Assembly: GCA_024704765.1 (NCBI GenBank)
Contig: JAKMXF010000347.1
Coordinates: 133,270-197,269, forward strand
DNA length: 64,000 bases
Direction of reading: 5' to 3'
Source: Oopsacas minuta
Taxonomy: Eukaryota; Animalia; Porifera
Position 1 is the first letter of the stretch. Each line of letters starts with the position of its first letter. A program made the translations under genes and the position numbers. The notes beneath the pieces were generated by a model. It ran no database searches. It was not told the origin of the DNA and saw only the letters and a list, made by a program, of their open reading frames with translations. Positions 23,501-35,700 of the stretch are shown here, one piece after another.

Positions 23501-23886
23501 TTTCTTAGGATTTCGTACATCCATTCTATAACTGTGAAGAGAAAAATTTCTATGAAATATTATCCTCTCAATCCAGAGATGGTAATTTTAATCGCAGTGA
23601 AGAAATTAAAAAACTAATATCTAATCAGAGACATAATGATAGGATATGTGAGGCACCCAAGAAGCATAATTTACCCAAGAAACATGACATAGTATTATGG
23701 GAAGCTTATAATGAAAATATCTACAGATTAGTTGAAATGACAAAGGAGGGTAAATTTTGGAAAACTGAGGAAGCGTTTAGTTATTCGTTATCAAAGGAAA
23801 TGTTGGAGGCTATCAATCTATCAGATAAAGATAATTACTTCTTGAGTGAAACTTACAGATCTCATGAAAATGCCATCACACTATGA
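17577..23886 (+). CDS. LRRK/ROCO-family protein: ANK - LRR - degenerate Roc - COR - Ser/Thr/TKL kinase - WD40-like; 3 coding exons 17577-17967, 18461-23313, 23509-23886 (~1873 aa)
   Basis: Ankyrin repeats (YKPLHVAA, YTPLHLAV, KTPLNIAI); donor GTAAGT 17968 (phase 1) and acceptor TTTTAG 18460; LxxLxLxxN LRRs; Roc-like KVFCIGDNESIK; COR motifs (YFIVPSKLP, QVWKNNLLY); kinase VAVK, HHDLKPEN, GYRAPE; donor 23314 and acceptor 23508 (phase 0) open a 125-aa last exon missing from the ORF track, TGA 23884-23886, AATAAA 23908. Summed exon length 5622 nt is divisible by 3. Confidence 0.88.
18141..18164 (+). repeat. (CAAA)6 microsatellite in ROCO intron 1
   Basis: Direct reading. Confidence 0.85.
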
Positions 23887-24868
23887 ATGTTGTACAATTT
23901 CAAATCTAATAAATAATTTTTAATCTTGCTCAATTTGTAACTTTGTATGTATGAGCTCTATTGCTGTATGAATCTATCAGAATAAACAATTAACACATTC
24001 AACGCATTCTAGTTAGTAAATAATAGATCCGATACAAATTAAACATTTTCTTCGAGCCTATAAGTCTAACACTAATACTAGGATTGAGTTGTAGATGACA
24101 GTATAAATAGATTTACAATTTGTGTATATATACCTTTATGGTTTATACTCTTATATAATCGTGAGCTTCTTTCCAACATTGAATTCTTAATGTATTATTA
24201 TGGGCTTTGTAACTTTCACACTGTCAAATATTGAGTCCTGTAGTGGAAACAGTTGGGAACACTGGAATATATTCGGAGTTGCAAATGGGTCACAGAAAGT
24301 GACTCATGATCCATGAGTCATCACACATTCATATTATCCTATCTTTTCAAGTAAATGGAATTCGTTAATCATTTGCAAATTTGTGTAATTACTCGTACTA
24401 GCTAGAAATTCGTGCAAAATATGAATCGCTTATATCTGAACTCCACTTTTCAATTATACCTTATTCATTCTATTAACAGTGGGCACTTTATATAGTTATA
24501 TGCCATCTCCTATTTCTTATAAATTCTCTTACCGTTAGTATGAATACGTGGCTTATATTTGAGGTATATCAAGTAACATTGGTATAATATCATTAATATG
24601 CCTCGGACAATTGGGTATATTAGTATAGAGGATGTATCAGTAGAGGGTTTTAATACTCAATAGATCATTCCCTTTAAGTTACTTTCAAACAAATAGTGGC
24701 AGATAAGTATTATATTTAATGTATTGCATTCTATAATTATTATTCGAGTAATGTATACAGTAGTGACTATGACTGAACCTTATGAGCAGCGTACTACAGA
24801 ATAATAATTCGACAGGATAGTTGATCTTTAAGAGATGGTCCTAACTTATCATGATTCTTGCTCTAGGG

Positions 24869-25014
24869 CAGTTGTCCCCAACCTGGGGTCCATTAGTGGT
24901 CTAAGCAGAGAATGTAAGGGGGTCCACAGGACCTGGAACCTTGTATTATGGTCAATGGGAGGGGTAGCCAATCTATTATAGGGATCTATGGCTGAAAAAG
25001 GTTGGGAAACACTG
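24869..25014. mobile_element. hAT (Charlie-like) MITE, 146 bp
   Basis: TIRs CAGTTGTCCCCAACCT / AGGTTGGGAAACACTG; 8-bp flanks CTCTAGGG (24861-24868) and CTCTAGGA (25015-25022), 7/8 identical and close to the NTCTAGAN hAT target preference. Confidence 0.85.
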
Positions 25015-25024
25015 CTCTAGGAAA

Positions 25025-25115
25025 TAGGACCGGACCGGACCAGACCGACCGGTTTCAGTTCGGCCCGGTCCGCTTTTTCTCAAGTGCGGTCTGGACTGGT
25101 ATGTTGGTCTGGACC
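25025..25115. repeat. GGACC/GGTCC-rich degenerate repeat (transposon subterminal-like)
   Basis: Multiple GGACC(G/A) units followed by inverted GGTCC/GGTCT units; a similar motif occurs at ~10670-10692. Confidence 0.5.
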
Positions 25116-26035
25116 GATTCATAATCCTCGATCGGACAAACGAGCACATACGTAAATTATAGGAAGCTAGAATAGATAAAAATATCAAATCACCGCCTGT
25201 GCCGACGAAATTTCATTAAACTTATTATAGTGGGTTTTGAATCTATAATTTTCCACTAAAATAATTAAATTAGCAAAGAAATGTTTGATTGTATGTAAAT
25301 AATCGAGTTAGACATTTCAAAGTGTCAGATTCGAATAACTCCCCTGTTTACCACAAATTTAATGGTGGAAGTAAATGTCTAGGACAATTATGAAATTTTC
25401 CCAAAGGTGTGAAAATATGTTTAAAGCCTGTGTTAAAATGTGTGAATATAAAAAACTATAAATCTATATACATATACATAGGGGAGACACTTATATACTG
25501 TTTATACTATAAGTCAACCATTTAATACTGAGCCAATATAGAAAAGTCCCGCTTTTCGGACATGTATGAGGCTAATGGTCGCCAAAACTTGCCAAAAGCC
25601 TTAGTGCGACTGAACACGAATTGACCAGGTTGATGCTATCCGTCTGGAACGGTCCAAGATTTTGATCGTGCGGTCCGGACCTCCAGGTGATCCATGAAAT
25701 TCCCGAACCGTTGCAACACTGCTATACACACAATCCATATCGTCAAAAATTTTCAGGACGAAATACCGTAACCAGATTGCTTTTTAGGTAATTATATTTC
25801 CAAAAATGCCCAATTTGGAAGCTCTGTAAAGAGACGATTATTGTATATATACGTTAGCAAAATTGTGACCATGGGCTCTGAGGATGTTTTCTTACAAAAT
25901 AACAAAATTTTGTCATGATAAAAATTAGCACGTTCCAGAGTTATAGTAGTGATCATGGATGACTCATTTTTGTCAATATTCACCATAACTTGACAACAAT
26001 TTATATTATGACCAAATCAGCCTACAAACATATAG

Positions 26036-26203
26036 TATATACCTGACTTCCCATACCCTGATAATACAATTTGATATGATATCGCCAAAGGAAATTAAGT
26101 AGTCATCAATAATGCTAAATGGGGTAATATTCAGGATTGCGTCATAGTCGTAGGAGATATCAAATCGAAATGTATTATAAGGGTATGGGAAATCGGGTAT
26201 ATA
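26036..26203. mobile_element. TA-flanked MITE with ~40-bp imperfect TIRs
   Basis: TATATACCTGACTTCCCATACCCTGATAATAC... / ...GTATTATAAGGGTATGGGAAATCGGGTATATA; a second family member is at ~50887-51012. Confidence 0.75.
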
Positions 26204-26544
26204 CTAACATCGGCAATAGTGAGTTTGTTATATCATTGAGGGTTTTCGATTTATAAATAGGCATTGACGAAAAATTGCCACCCATGGCCACTACTGTAAC
26301 TCAAGGACCTGCAGACTTTAGCATTACAAATTTTTCATATGTTTACAAAGTATCGTTAGATCATTTCCTACATTAACTTTGAAATCAAAGATGCGATATT
26401 TAAGGTTCTACATGTCTTCAAAGATAGAGCAGGTTTTGAGGCATCATAATCTACATATCTGTATAATACATTTACTTGGGAATATAAGTACTGTTTGCGT
26501 AATAAAAACAATTATGTATACTCTACCATACACTACCATATCCC

Positions 26545-26725
26545 AGGTCAAAAATTCGAGGATGCGATAAGTACTAAAGTACAGGGAAGGGAAGTGAATA
26601 TGCGTTCGAGCTAATTGTCATTCGAGATAGCGAACGGTTTTCTATATAAACCGAATAGTAAATGAAGGGGAAATGAATTCGTTCGAGATAAGGCATGTTC
26701 GAAGTAAACGGGCATTCGAGTTAGA
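26545..26725 (+). mobile_element. Degenerate TTCGAG-repeat MITE remnant immediately upstream of RNF213 copy 1
   Basis: Repeated TTCGAG(A/T)TA motifs; the segment GGATGCGATAAGTA..AAAGTACA..GAAGTGA recurs at ~49495-49565. Confidence 0.5.
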
Positions 26726-29700
26726 AATCTTAGCAAGAACCTTCATTAGATAATATTTTTCAAATTAGCTTGTCATCAGTCTAGTCAGGATTTGAGAAGG
26801 ATTTGTTTATCCACCATGTCTAATCATTGTCCTGATGTTGGGTGTATGTTCAGGACTGCCATACCAGCTGGGCTACCAGTAAGTGCCACAACATGCCCCT
26901 TTTGCCAAAAAAGTTTGGAATTAGTAGCAATTTTACCGATACCTGAAGATGATCTGGGAAAAGAAGATAACAAAGCACATGAAGATGATAAAGTGCAAGA
27001 ATATGTCAGAGCACAGGAAAATAATAGGGCACAAGAAGAGCCTGTGCTTGGAGAGAATAATCCTACTTCTGATCAACATGATTTCATTGCTTCTGAACCA
27101 ACACATAGGAAACTTAAACTCGTTATGTCTAATATCGAGTCAGATGCCTCTCTATCTCTACCATCTACACCATTCATTTCACCGGTACACACATTTGATC
27201 ATAATGCTGAGTATCATGGTGAACAGCCCAGAGGAGAGAATGTTTCTAATGTTAAAAAAAGGATCAAAAGTCTTTTTCGAAGAAAATCAGAATTACATTA
27301 TAATAACCGTACAAGGATGAAGCAACGACACGGACACAAGAGGCAATCTGTATTTGCGATTCATTTAGAATTACGAAGTCAAATGATAGGGAATAAGGAT
27401 ATACGTATTCAATTCAATACACTAATTCTCAGGGAATACTGTGAGCTGATAGATGAAATCAGTCTCCAGATTTACGATGACTGCCCAATTAAGAATTTTC
27501 AGACTACCTTTAAGAACTTTCAAGAATCAAATGTTGTGGAGATAAGTGGTTTTGAGTTCAATATTTTTCACGTTATCTTGAAATTTCCTCCAAAATATAT
27601 TTCTGATTTTCCGTACAAATATTGCTTGCAATTAAGATCAGGTGTTGATATCGATGAACATCTACAACATCCTTCAGACACCCAACTTTAACCGCTATTT
27701 TATCTGGGATGCTGCTGTAAGCCAAATTCATGATAATAAATATCAAAAATTTGATATGATGATACTACCGCAAATTCAGAGAGAGGGACCTATGGCCATA
27801 TCACGGAGTAATAAATTGTTTCAATTTACAAATGTCAAAAATAGACTAGTAGCATCATATCAAGCATTATTACCATCCAATTTTGGCTGTGGGTGCTCTC
27901 CAGAATGCCCCAACTTAGAGGATTACATAGAAAAATTCATGCATCGTGCAAAATCACTTTCTAATTTGTATCTACATGATCCGGATTTTGATGAATTGGA
28001 ACAATGGACAGATTCAAGTATCATAAAACTAGTTAAAGCTTGGATAATTAAATGTTATTCTCCTGAATATAATGCTACCTTAGATGACCAATCAATTATT
28101 GCTAAGTTCTATCTAGCATGTTGTCTGATAAATACTTACAGCATTCATAGTAATAGTTTGAATAAGCTAGTGATAGATATGATTGGGAATTCAATTCTAA
28201 CCATTTTTAGGAACGAAAGTTATACATTGAATGAAGCTATTTCTACAAATCCTGAGTTTAGAAACAAAATACAAACCGCACTCCATGAGTTTGTTTTAAT
28301 AGTGTGATGCTAAGCAAATATCCTAAAAAGCTATTACTACTAATTCCCATCTATCACATGATTACTAACCTCAAAGCTAGTGCTGTTTCATTACATGAAA
28401 AGTGTAGATACACAGAAAACGAATATTGGGGATTCCCTACTGATGTACAATTTTCTTGCCTAGAAAATATATCTTTTGATTCTGAAGAACTCCAATTAGC
28501 CCTTACCTTAGTCAAGTATGATGAACTTCTTTCGTATTCCATTGCTATATACACACTTAATGAAGGAAATGCGAAAAAATTTGTGAGCACTTTATCCACT
28601 CACAAGAATGTCCATTCCCATTGTCAGCTCTCATTAGTGTTTTATTATTCCGATTGAAGGTATCCAGGTCTAGTTCTAACCAAGACATCATTACTAAAAA
28701 ATATGATAAATTGACATCAGAAGTTATAAGGTCATTAAGTATTGCTTTCCAGGACGATTCTAAATTTCTTTTCGATGATATCTTTCGACTCATTCAGCTG
28801 ACTATCATTCTAGCAGTGCGGCTATCTACATACTTCGATCAAGAACAATTCGAGATCTGTTTAACATTAATTTCTGAAGCATATCAATACTGTTACCTTA
28901 AATCTCAACCTACAACTATCGTCCTCTCTGAAGAGATTTCAGAATTATTCACAGAATTTGTTATAAAGTGGTATAAGAATCAATTTAGAAAACGCGAAAA
29001 TCATATAAGGATGTTATAAAAGAAATTGAATTTTGGGAAAATATAATATCAAAATATTTCTCTCAGTCTACTGAATGGAAAGATAACTTCAGAAATTTCT
29101 TGAAAGATCGATTTACAGATACAAAAATAACAACAGAATACATAATCAAAGTCCTAACTCTTCAACCTAAACAAGACATATTGCAGGAACTTTTTATCCA
29201 TGAATTATATTCAAGATTAGCAAATTTAAAGTCTAAACAAGAAAAAGTGTCTATAGTCAAGCGTTTATATGAATATTTTTCTGAGATCAAACAACTAGGA
29301 AAATTGACTATAATATTTAGTCAGATATTACTTGATGAAAAGAAGACTTTTTGCCAAAACATTCACTGGCATTTTGTTACCTGGCCTTTATGGAGAATAT
29401 ATTTTTCCTTTCTCTCTTTAGAAAATATTGAACAAATTCTCTCTGAAGAAGCTATGGCTATGCTTGAAGATGCTAGTGTTCACTTTCTGTCTTTCTTAGA
29501 AACAATAAAACTTCAATCTATTAATGTAGGTAAGCTACAGCATATTGCTAAGAATAAAGGTTACTTCTCTGACATTATAACTCATTTCATACAGTTGAAG
29601 TGTTTATCCGGTAATGGATCTAAGGAAACTCTCGAAGAACTAGATGTATGTTTGAAAATGTTACATTGGTTCTTTGAGCAGATGCGCATGCTGAAAATAC

Positions 29701-32700
29701 TTTATACATTTACTGGAAAATTCGATGAGATTAATGATGAAAATATCGATGAATTTATAGGCAAGGAATTCGATGGTTACGAGATAGGAATGATCTGTTG
29801 TTCTACTGGAGAGAAGTTACAATTATCAATTGAATCAGATGCCGACATTAATAATATTGTGAATTTTACACATTTTGAATCATTATGCAAGATATGTGGG
29901 TCAATAGAAAAATCTTTCGTAATTACTGAAGTTTTTAAGGTTGTCATAAAGACTAAGTCCCTCCAAATGGATGAGTTTGATATATCAGTATTCTATGAGG
30001 CTCTTTGGTTACCTGCCTGGGATATTTGTGTTTTGCTTCTTAAAAATATTTCTAATGAATCCATACAAATATCAGTAATGTGTAAATATTTCGAAGTTAC
30101 TGCAAACGATGGAGAAATCGAAAACGAACTGATTTTACTCAATTTAGGATGTGAACAGTATCAAAAGATACAAAAAGCATTCAAAAAATCATTCAAGACT
30201 AGCGCACATAAGATTCACCTCTACTTCACACTTAAACTGCGTTCTCAAGCTGCAATTCTTATCTGTGATTTAAAAGAAAAGCTCTCAATTAAAACAAACT
30301 TTGAGAGCATAGAAAGGATGAAAAATGCTACTGATGTGTACTACGATAAGAAGATATCAGTAATGGATGATAAAGTAGGTGATGTTGCAAAGAATCTTGG
30401 GAAACTCTCTTCTTTTAATCTTGACGTAATTCAAGTCGTTATTGACAATATTGCTTTCATCAGATGGGTAAAGGAGAATATGATCGACTTAAATGAAGTG
30501 AAAGCTTTTGTCGATATATCCCTAACAGCCTGTGGAGGTAATCCAATGGAAACAGACAGAATTACGTGTTTCAGCTCTGTTTGTACAAACTTTTCTCCTC
30601 TCATATTCGGAATTGTTGAAAATACAAGTTACGAGACGCTCACTGCTAGATGCGAGCAAATCATTGAGAATGTTGGAAACAATAAAGAACTAACTAAGCT
30701 GCTCAAGCAAGTCGGAAAAAATGTAACATTTTGGGAAGAAATGAAACGATCTCATGGTGCAGTTGAAGAGACTACATTGATAGAGTTGGATAATTTGATG
30801 AAATCTGGAGTTTTTTATTTTGAAGGTTAGAGATTCATCCAATCTTTGTGATATAGTAAGGTTAAGAGTTGAGAGAGAAAACGAAAACGAAAAATTTTAC
30901 AGTCTAGAGCAGTTGAAAGAGTTTCGAAGTAAACTCATGCTAGTAGTAAGCAAAAATGAACAATCAGGAGGCCCAACAAACTCAGATAGTTATGAAAAAT
31001 CTCAACTATTTACACTCAAATTAGACAAAATAATTGAGATAGCAAAAATAATAACCCAGTTAGCGGAGAGTGATCATCAGGGATATCTGAAATATCTCAT
31101 TAACTTAACTGAAGCTGAAACAAGGTTAGAAGAAATCCACTCAAAACTGAATTCAATACTTCAAGTTTGGAGAAACATTATTGAAGAAGCACGAAATTCT
31201 CACTACTACTTGAACTACTATACTATATCTCAGATAGCTTTACTCCAAAAAGGTATCAAATCAGTTATTGAGGGTAGAAAAGATTCAGATCGAGAACAGC
31301 TATATCATCTACTCCGCTTGTTGAATAATGAAATTACTAAAAAAGATGTACAGCAGGCATTAAGAAAATCTGACATTATTTCTGAATATCTCAATCAATC
31401 AAGTTGTTCTGAATCCAACACCACACTAAGCACTAAGGAAATGCAGCTTGCTGAAGTAGTAAGAAGGGAAACTGGGATAACTATGGATGATATTAAGGCT
31501 GTTATTCTGGAACTGAAAGAATATCAAAGTAGTTATGTCATCTCACAGAAATCAATTATATATTGGTGTAAAAGACGGCTAGCACATGCAACAGAAAGTT
31601 GCGAGTGTAAAGAACTTCCAGATACAGGATCAGTATTTCTTCCAATCGAAATATCTCTTACAAAAGGAGTTCCAATTGAACCACATTTAGATATCAATAA
31701 ACTCGGAGATTTTCTAAAAGAAATACACAATTCATGCACATCCAAAATCACAGGAGAACGAACGTTGCCTTACGATTTGATCTATGGAACACCAAATCTA
31801 GTTGTGATGCCATCAAGTGAGATTTTAGAATTTCTCCTCTCTCTCTACCTGAGTGATAATGATAAATTTCCTTTACCATTTTACCATGAAGTATTGTTTT
31901 GTACTGATCAAACAACGAATGAAAATGTTGAAATCTTTTTTCGACGAGTATTGGATCAAGAAGAAAGCGTCTCTTATCTATTTTGCATGATTAATATAGA
32001 AAACTTGAAATACGAAGTTGCAGTTGAAACATTTTCAAATTTCAAGAACATATCACAGGAGTATGAAAATAGAGAGAACGAGAAACCTGGAAAATCTAGA
32101 TACAAACTTGTATTGATCTGTTCAGAAGAAAAGGAAGGATTCTCGTATTTGGCAACTGCCTTTGAAGACTACAAGAGGTCAATTCTTGTACACAATGAAC
32201 AAGAAGAATTAAAAAGACATTTAAACAAGAGAATTTCTCCAGTGTATCGACGCGCCATTTACAAGAACAGACAATCTGCTTGGGTTATTGACAAGGAAAA
32301 GTCTAAAGTTAGAATTGTAGCGTCAAATAGTTCGGGTGCAGGTAAATCTCTATATATTCAGAATCTCAGGTCAGACATGTTAAGTCAAGGAGTTGTTCGT
32401 GAGGATGAGATAGAACAAGCAGTTGTAACTGTAGCTATTCATGGGAATCAAGCATCAGAGGACTATCTAGTTGATCAGCTGCTGAGTAGAAATGTAAGCA
32501 TTGTGAAGCATGGAGTTATGTTCCATTTGGATATTGCATCTACGGTTCAGTTAGGTCTAGAATCTATACTCTTCAAGCTGCTTATATTAGGCGGAGTTTG
32601 TAATAGATCAGGAATGTTATGGCACAGTAGACATAAAGATTATTATGTAATAGAAATAACACTAAGCTCTGATCAAAATCAATTCTCCAAGTTCACCAGT

Positions 32701-35700
32701 CTTTTCCCAGTTGTACGCTGTATTCAACCCACTGACGCTCTGGAAGCAACGGCGGATATTAACACACATACAGTCCATTTGCTTACATTAAGAAATGACC
32801 AATATCAGAGAGTGGATGCATACTTGAAGACACTAGATATAGGTCAGAACTTAGATAGTTTTGTATTTAAAAAAACACGAAAATTTAAATTCGACCATAT
32901 TGAGAGATTAAATAGGACTCTAGAGAATTGTGGTATTGCTCAACCATCTTGGGCTGAAGTAAGAAATTTTACAAATTTTCTTGATAAACAGCTTTTGGAT
33001 TGTGACAAATCTGTTTATTGCAAATCTAAGATAATGGGACAGGAGTGGAATGGTTTCAAATCTTTTGTTGTAAAGTTCATGCTTAACATGTCTAAAGACT
33101 TTGCTACACCCGCTCTTGGGTCATGTTCCGAACTAGCCCGTAATAATTTGGCCAAGTTTGAGATTTTGGATGAGCGCAGGTGGGAGAATAACTCACATCC
33201 ATATATATTCTTTAATCCAGATGGACATACAATGACTTTCTTGGGGTTCAATATATCAAAGCAAGGGCATCTACTCGACTCAGATAATCCATCTAAAATA
33301 ATTAAAGAAAACATAATGGATCCTCAGCTTTACACAACATTGAATGCGAATAGAGTCTTACTTCAGGAAGATTATAACCTACTTAGCAAAGTCGAAAAGA
33401 TCGCGAAAATTGCTGGAGTTATGGGTATTGATTTTGGTCTTAATCCAATAGACCCAGATCCATGTTATGTCTTAACACCTGACAACATTAGAAAGATTCT
33501 GGCTATTCTGATGCGATTCCGTTGCAACATACCAGTAGTGATAATGGGAGAGACAGGCTGTGGAAAGACACGTCTCATCCAGTTCATGTGTTCATTGCAA
33601 GCTCTACAGACAGGAGCTACTAACATGTTAATATTGAAAGTACATGGTGGTACTACTGAGAAAGATGTAAAGACTAAAGTAGAAGAAGCTGAGGTGCTAG
33701 CTATGAAGAATTTCCGTGACCACGATATTGATACAGTATTGTTTTTTGATGAAGCTAACACTAGTCCAGCCATTGGTCTAATCAAAGAGATTATGTGTGA
33801 CAGGAGAATGTATGGTAGACATATCAGTAGCGACATTAGACTACAGTTCATTGCAGCTTGTAATCCTTATCGTAGACATACAAAGGAGATGTTGAACAAG
33901 CTGAGTACTGCTGGTCTTGGATTCTTCACCAAAGCAAGTGAGACCACGGATAGACTGGGAGATATTCCTCTCCGTGAGTTAGTGTACAGGGTAATTGAGC
34001 TTCCTGCTAGTATGCTTCCATTGGTATGGGATTTCGGTAAATTGAGCAACGATGTAGAGAAGGCTTACACGCGTGAGATAGTAGCAAAACACCTCCGAGA
34101 TCGCAACAGTCCAATACAAGCACGTGATAAGATAATAGTTGTCATAAGTAATGTACTTGCTGGTGCACAGAACTACATGAGAGAGAGGAAGGATGAGTGC
34201 AGCTTTGTGAGTTTAAGGGATGTAGAGAGAGCTATGCGAGTCATGTTATGGTTCTATAAAATACTCGATTATTTTCAACCACATAATACATCGTCACATC
34301 ACGAACAACTAAGCCTTGTGAATTTGGACGATGATGTTATTAATCTTAATGAGATGTTATTCATTCAGGGTCTTCTTAACGTAGGTGACTTCCTGCCGAA
34401 ATCTATAAGAGTTTCAAAAAGTGACACACACATAAAGTCAATCAATCAGATTGACTACATAACATACAGTCTTATTCTGTCGTTAGCTGTTTGCTACAGA
34501 GCCAAACTTCAAGAAAGAGATGATTTTGATATTAATATCGTTCGACGTTTCCAACATCCTCTCACGACAATTAGAGATCACAAGGTTATTCATAATGAAG
34601 TTGACAGATGTCAACAGCTGATTCTAGATGAGATGACCGTGGGAGCTAATATCGCTAAGAATAATGCTCTGAAAGAGAATGTATTTATGATGTTTGTGTG
34701 TATTGAACTTAAGATTCCTCTTTTCGTCATTGGTAAGCCAGGTAGCTCCAAATCTCTGGCAAAGTCTATCATTTCTAATTCAATGCAAGGTAGGCGGTGT
34801 CCAGATGGAAGTATTCTACAGAACTTTAAGCAAATCCAGATTATGTCATATCAGTGTAGTCAGCTGTCCACTGCAGATGGAATAATTGGAGTTTTTAATA
34901 ATTGTAGAAACTTACAAAACAAGACGGGATCTGATGCATTCACAGCTTGTGTAGTCCTAGAAGAAGTAGGCTTGGCAGAAGATTCACCTCTGCTTCCTCT
35001 TAAAGTATTACATCCTCTTCTAGAAGATAGCAATTATGGTTCTGAGGAGGTTGAGACGGGCATTGGTCAAACGAAGCGAAGTGGTAGAGACGATCCAGAT
35101 GATGAAATGAAGAATCGTGTGGCATTTATAGGAATTTCTAACTGGGCCCTTGATCCTGCCAAAATGAACAGAGGACTAATGTTGTCTCGAGGAGATCCAG
35201 ATCTTAACGAATTAATCATTAGTGCAAAAGGAATTTGCGAATCCGTAGGTGTTCATCCAGAAATTCATAAGAGCATTTCTGAAAAAATCCCATCTTTGGC
35301 TAAAGCATATCACTACCTTACTTCAAATCAAGTTAAACGACAAGATAAAGAAGAAAGGACAGATTATTTTGGGCTGAGAGATTTTTACAGTTTAATAAAG
35401 ATGCTTGTTTTCATTTGTAACGACAAAGATTCTAATCTGAATAGAGCGATCTTAGAGCATGCTGTTAAACGGAACTTTGGTGGAATATCAGGTGTAGATC
35501 CTGTTAGTGTATTTAATGAACTCGTGGAATTGCCAAAAGACAGTAAGAAAGTTCTAGATTCTTCTCCATTAGGGTTAATAACAGCGAACTTAACAAATCT
35601 TTCTCGCTCTTTCCACGGAGAGACTCGTTATCTCCTGTTATTCACTGAGAACTATGCTGCTCTCACTATTTTGCTGCGTTCACCAGAAATGTGGCCTAAA

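Noticed and set aside
26143-26157. 15-bp exact match CATAGTCGTAGGAGA with ~48590
   Set aside because: A few such matches are expected by chance in 64 kb and flanks do not extend.
873-27800. Functional glycan-themed clustering of AGL, OGA and the CBM20-bearing RNF213
   Set aside because: Only thematic similarity; adjacency of housekeeping genes in a compact genome is sufficient explanation.
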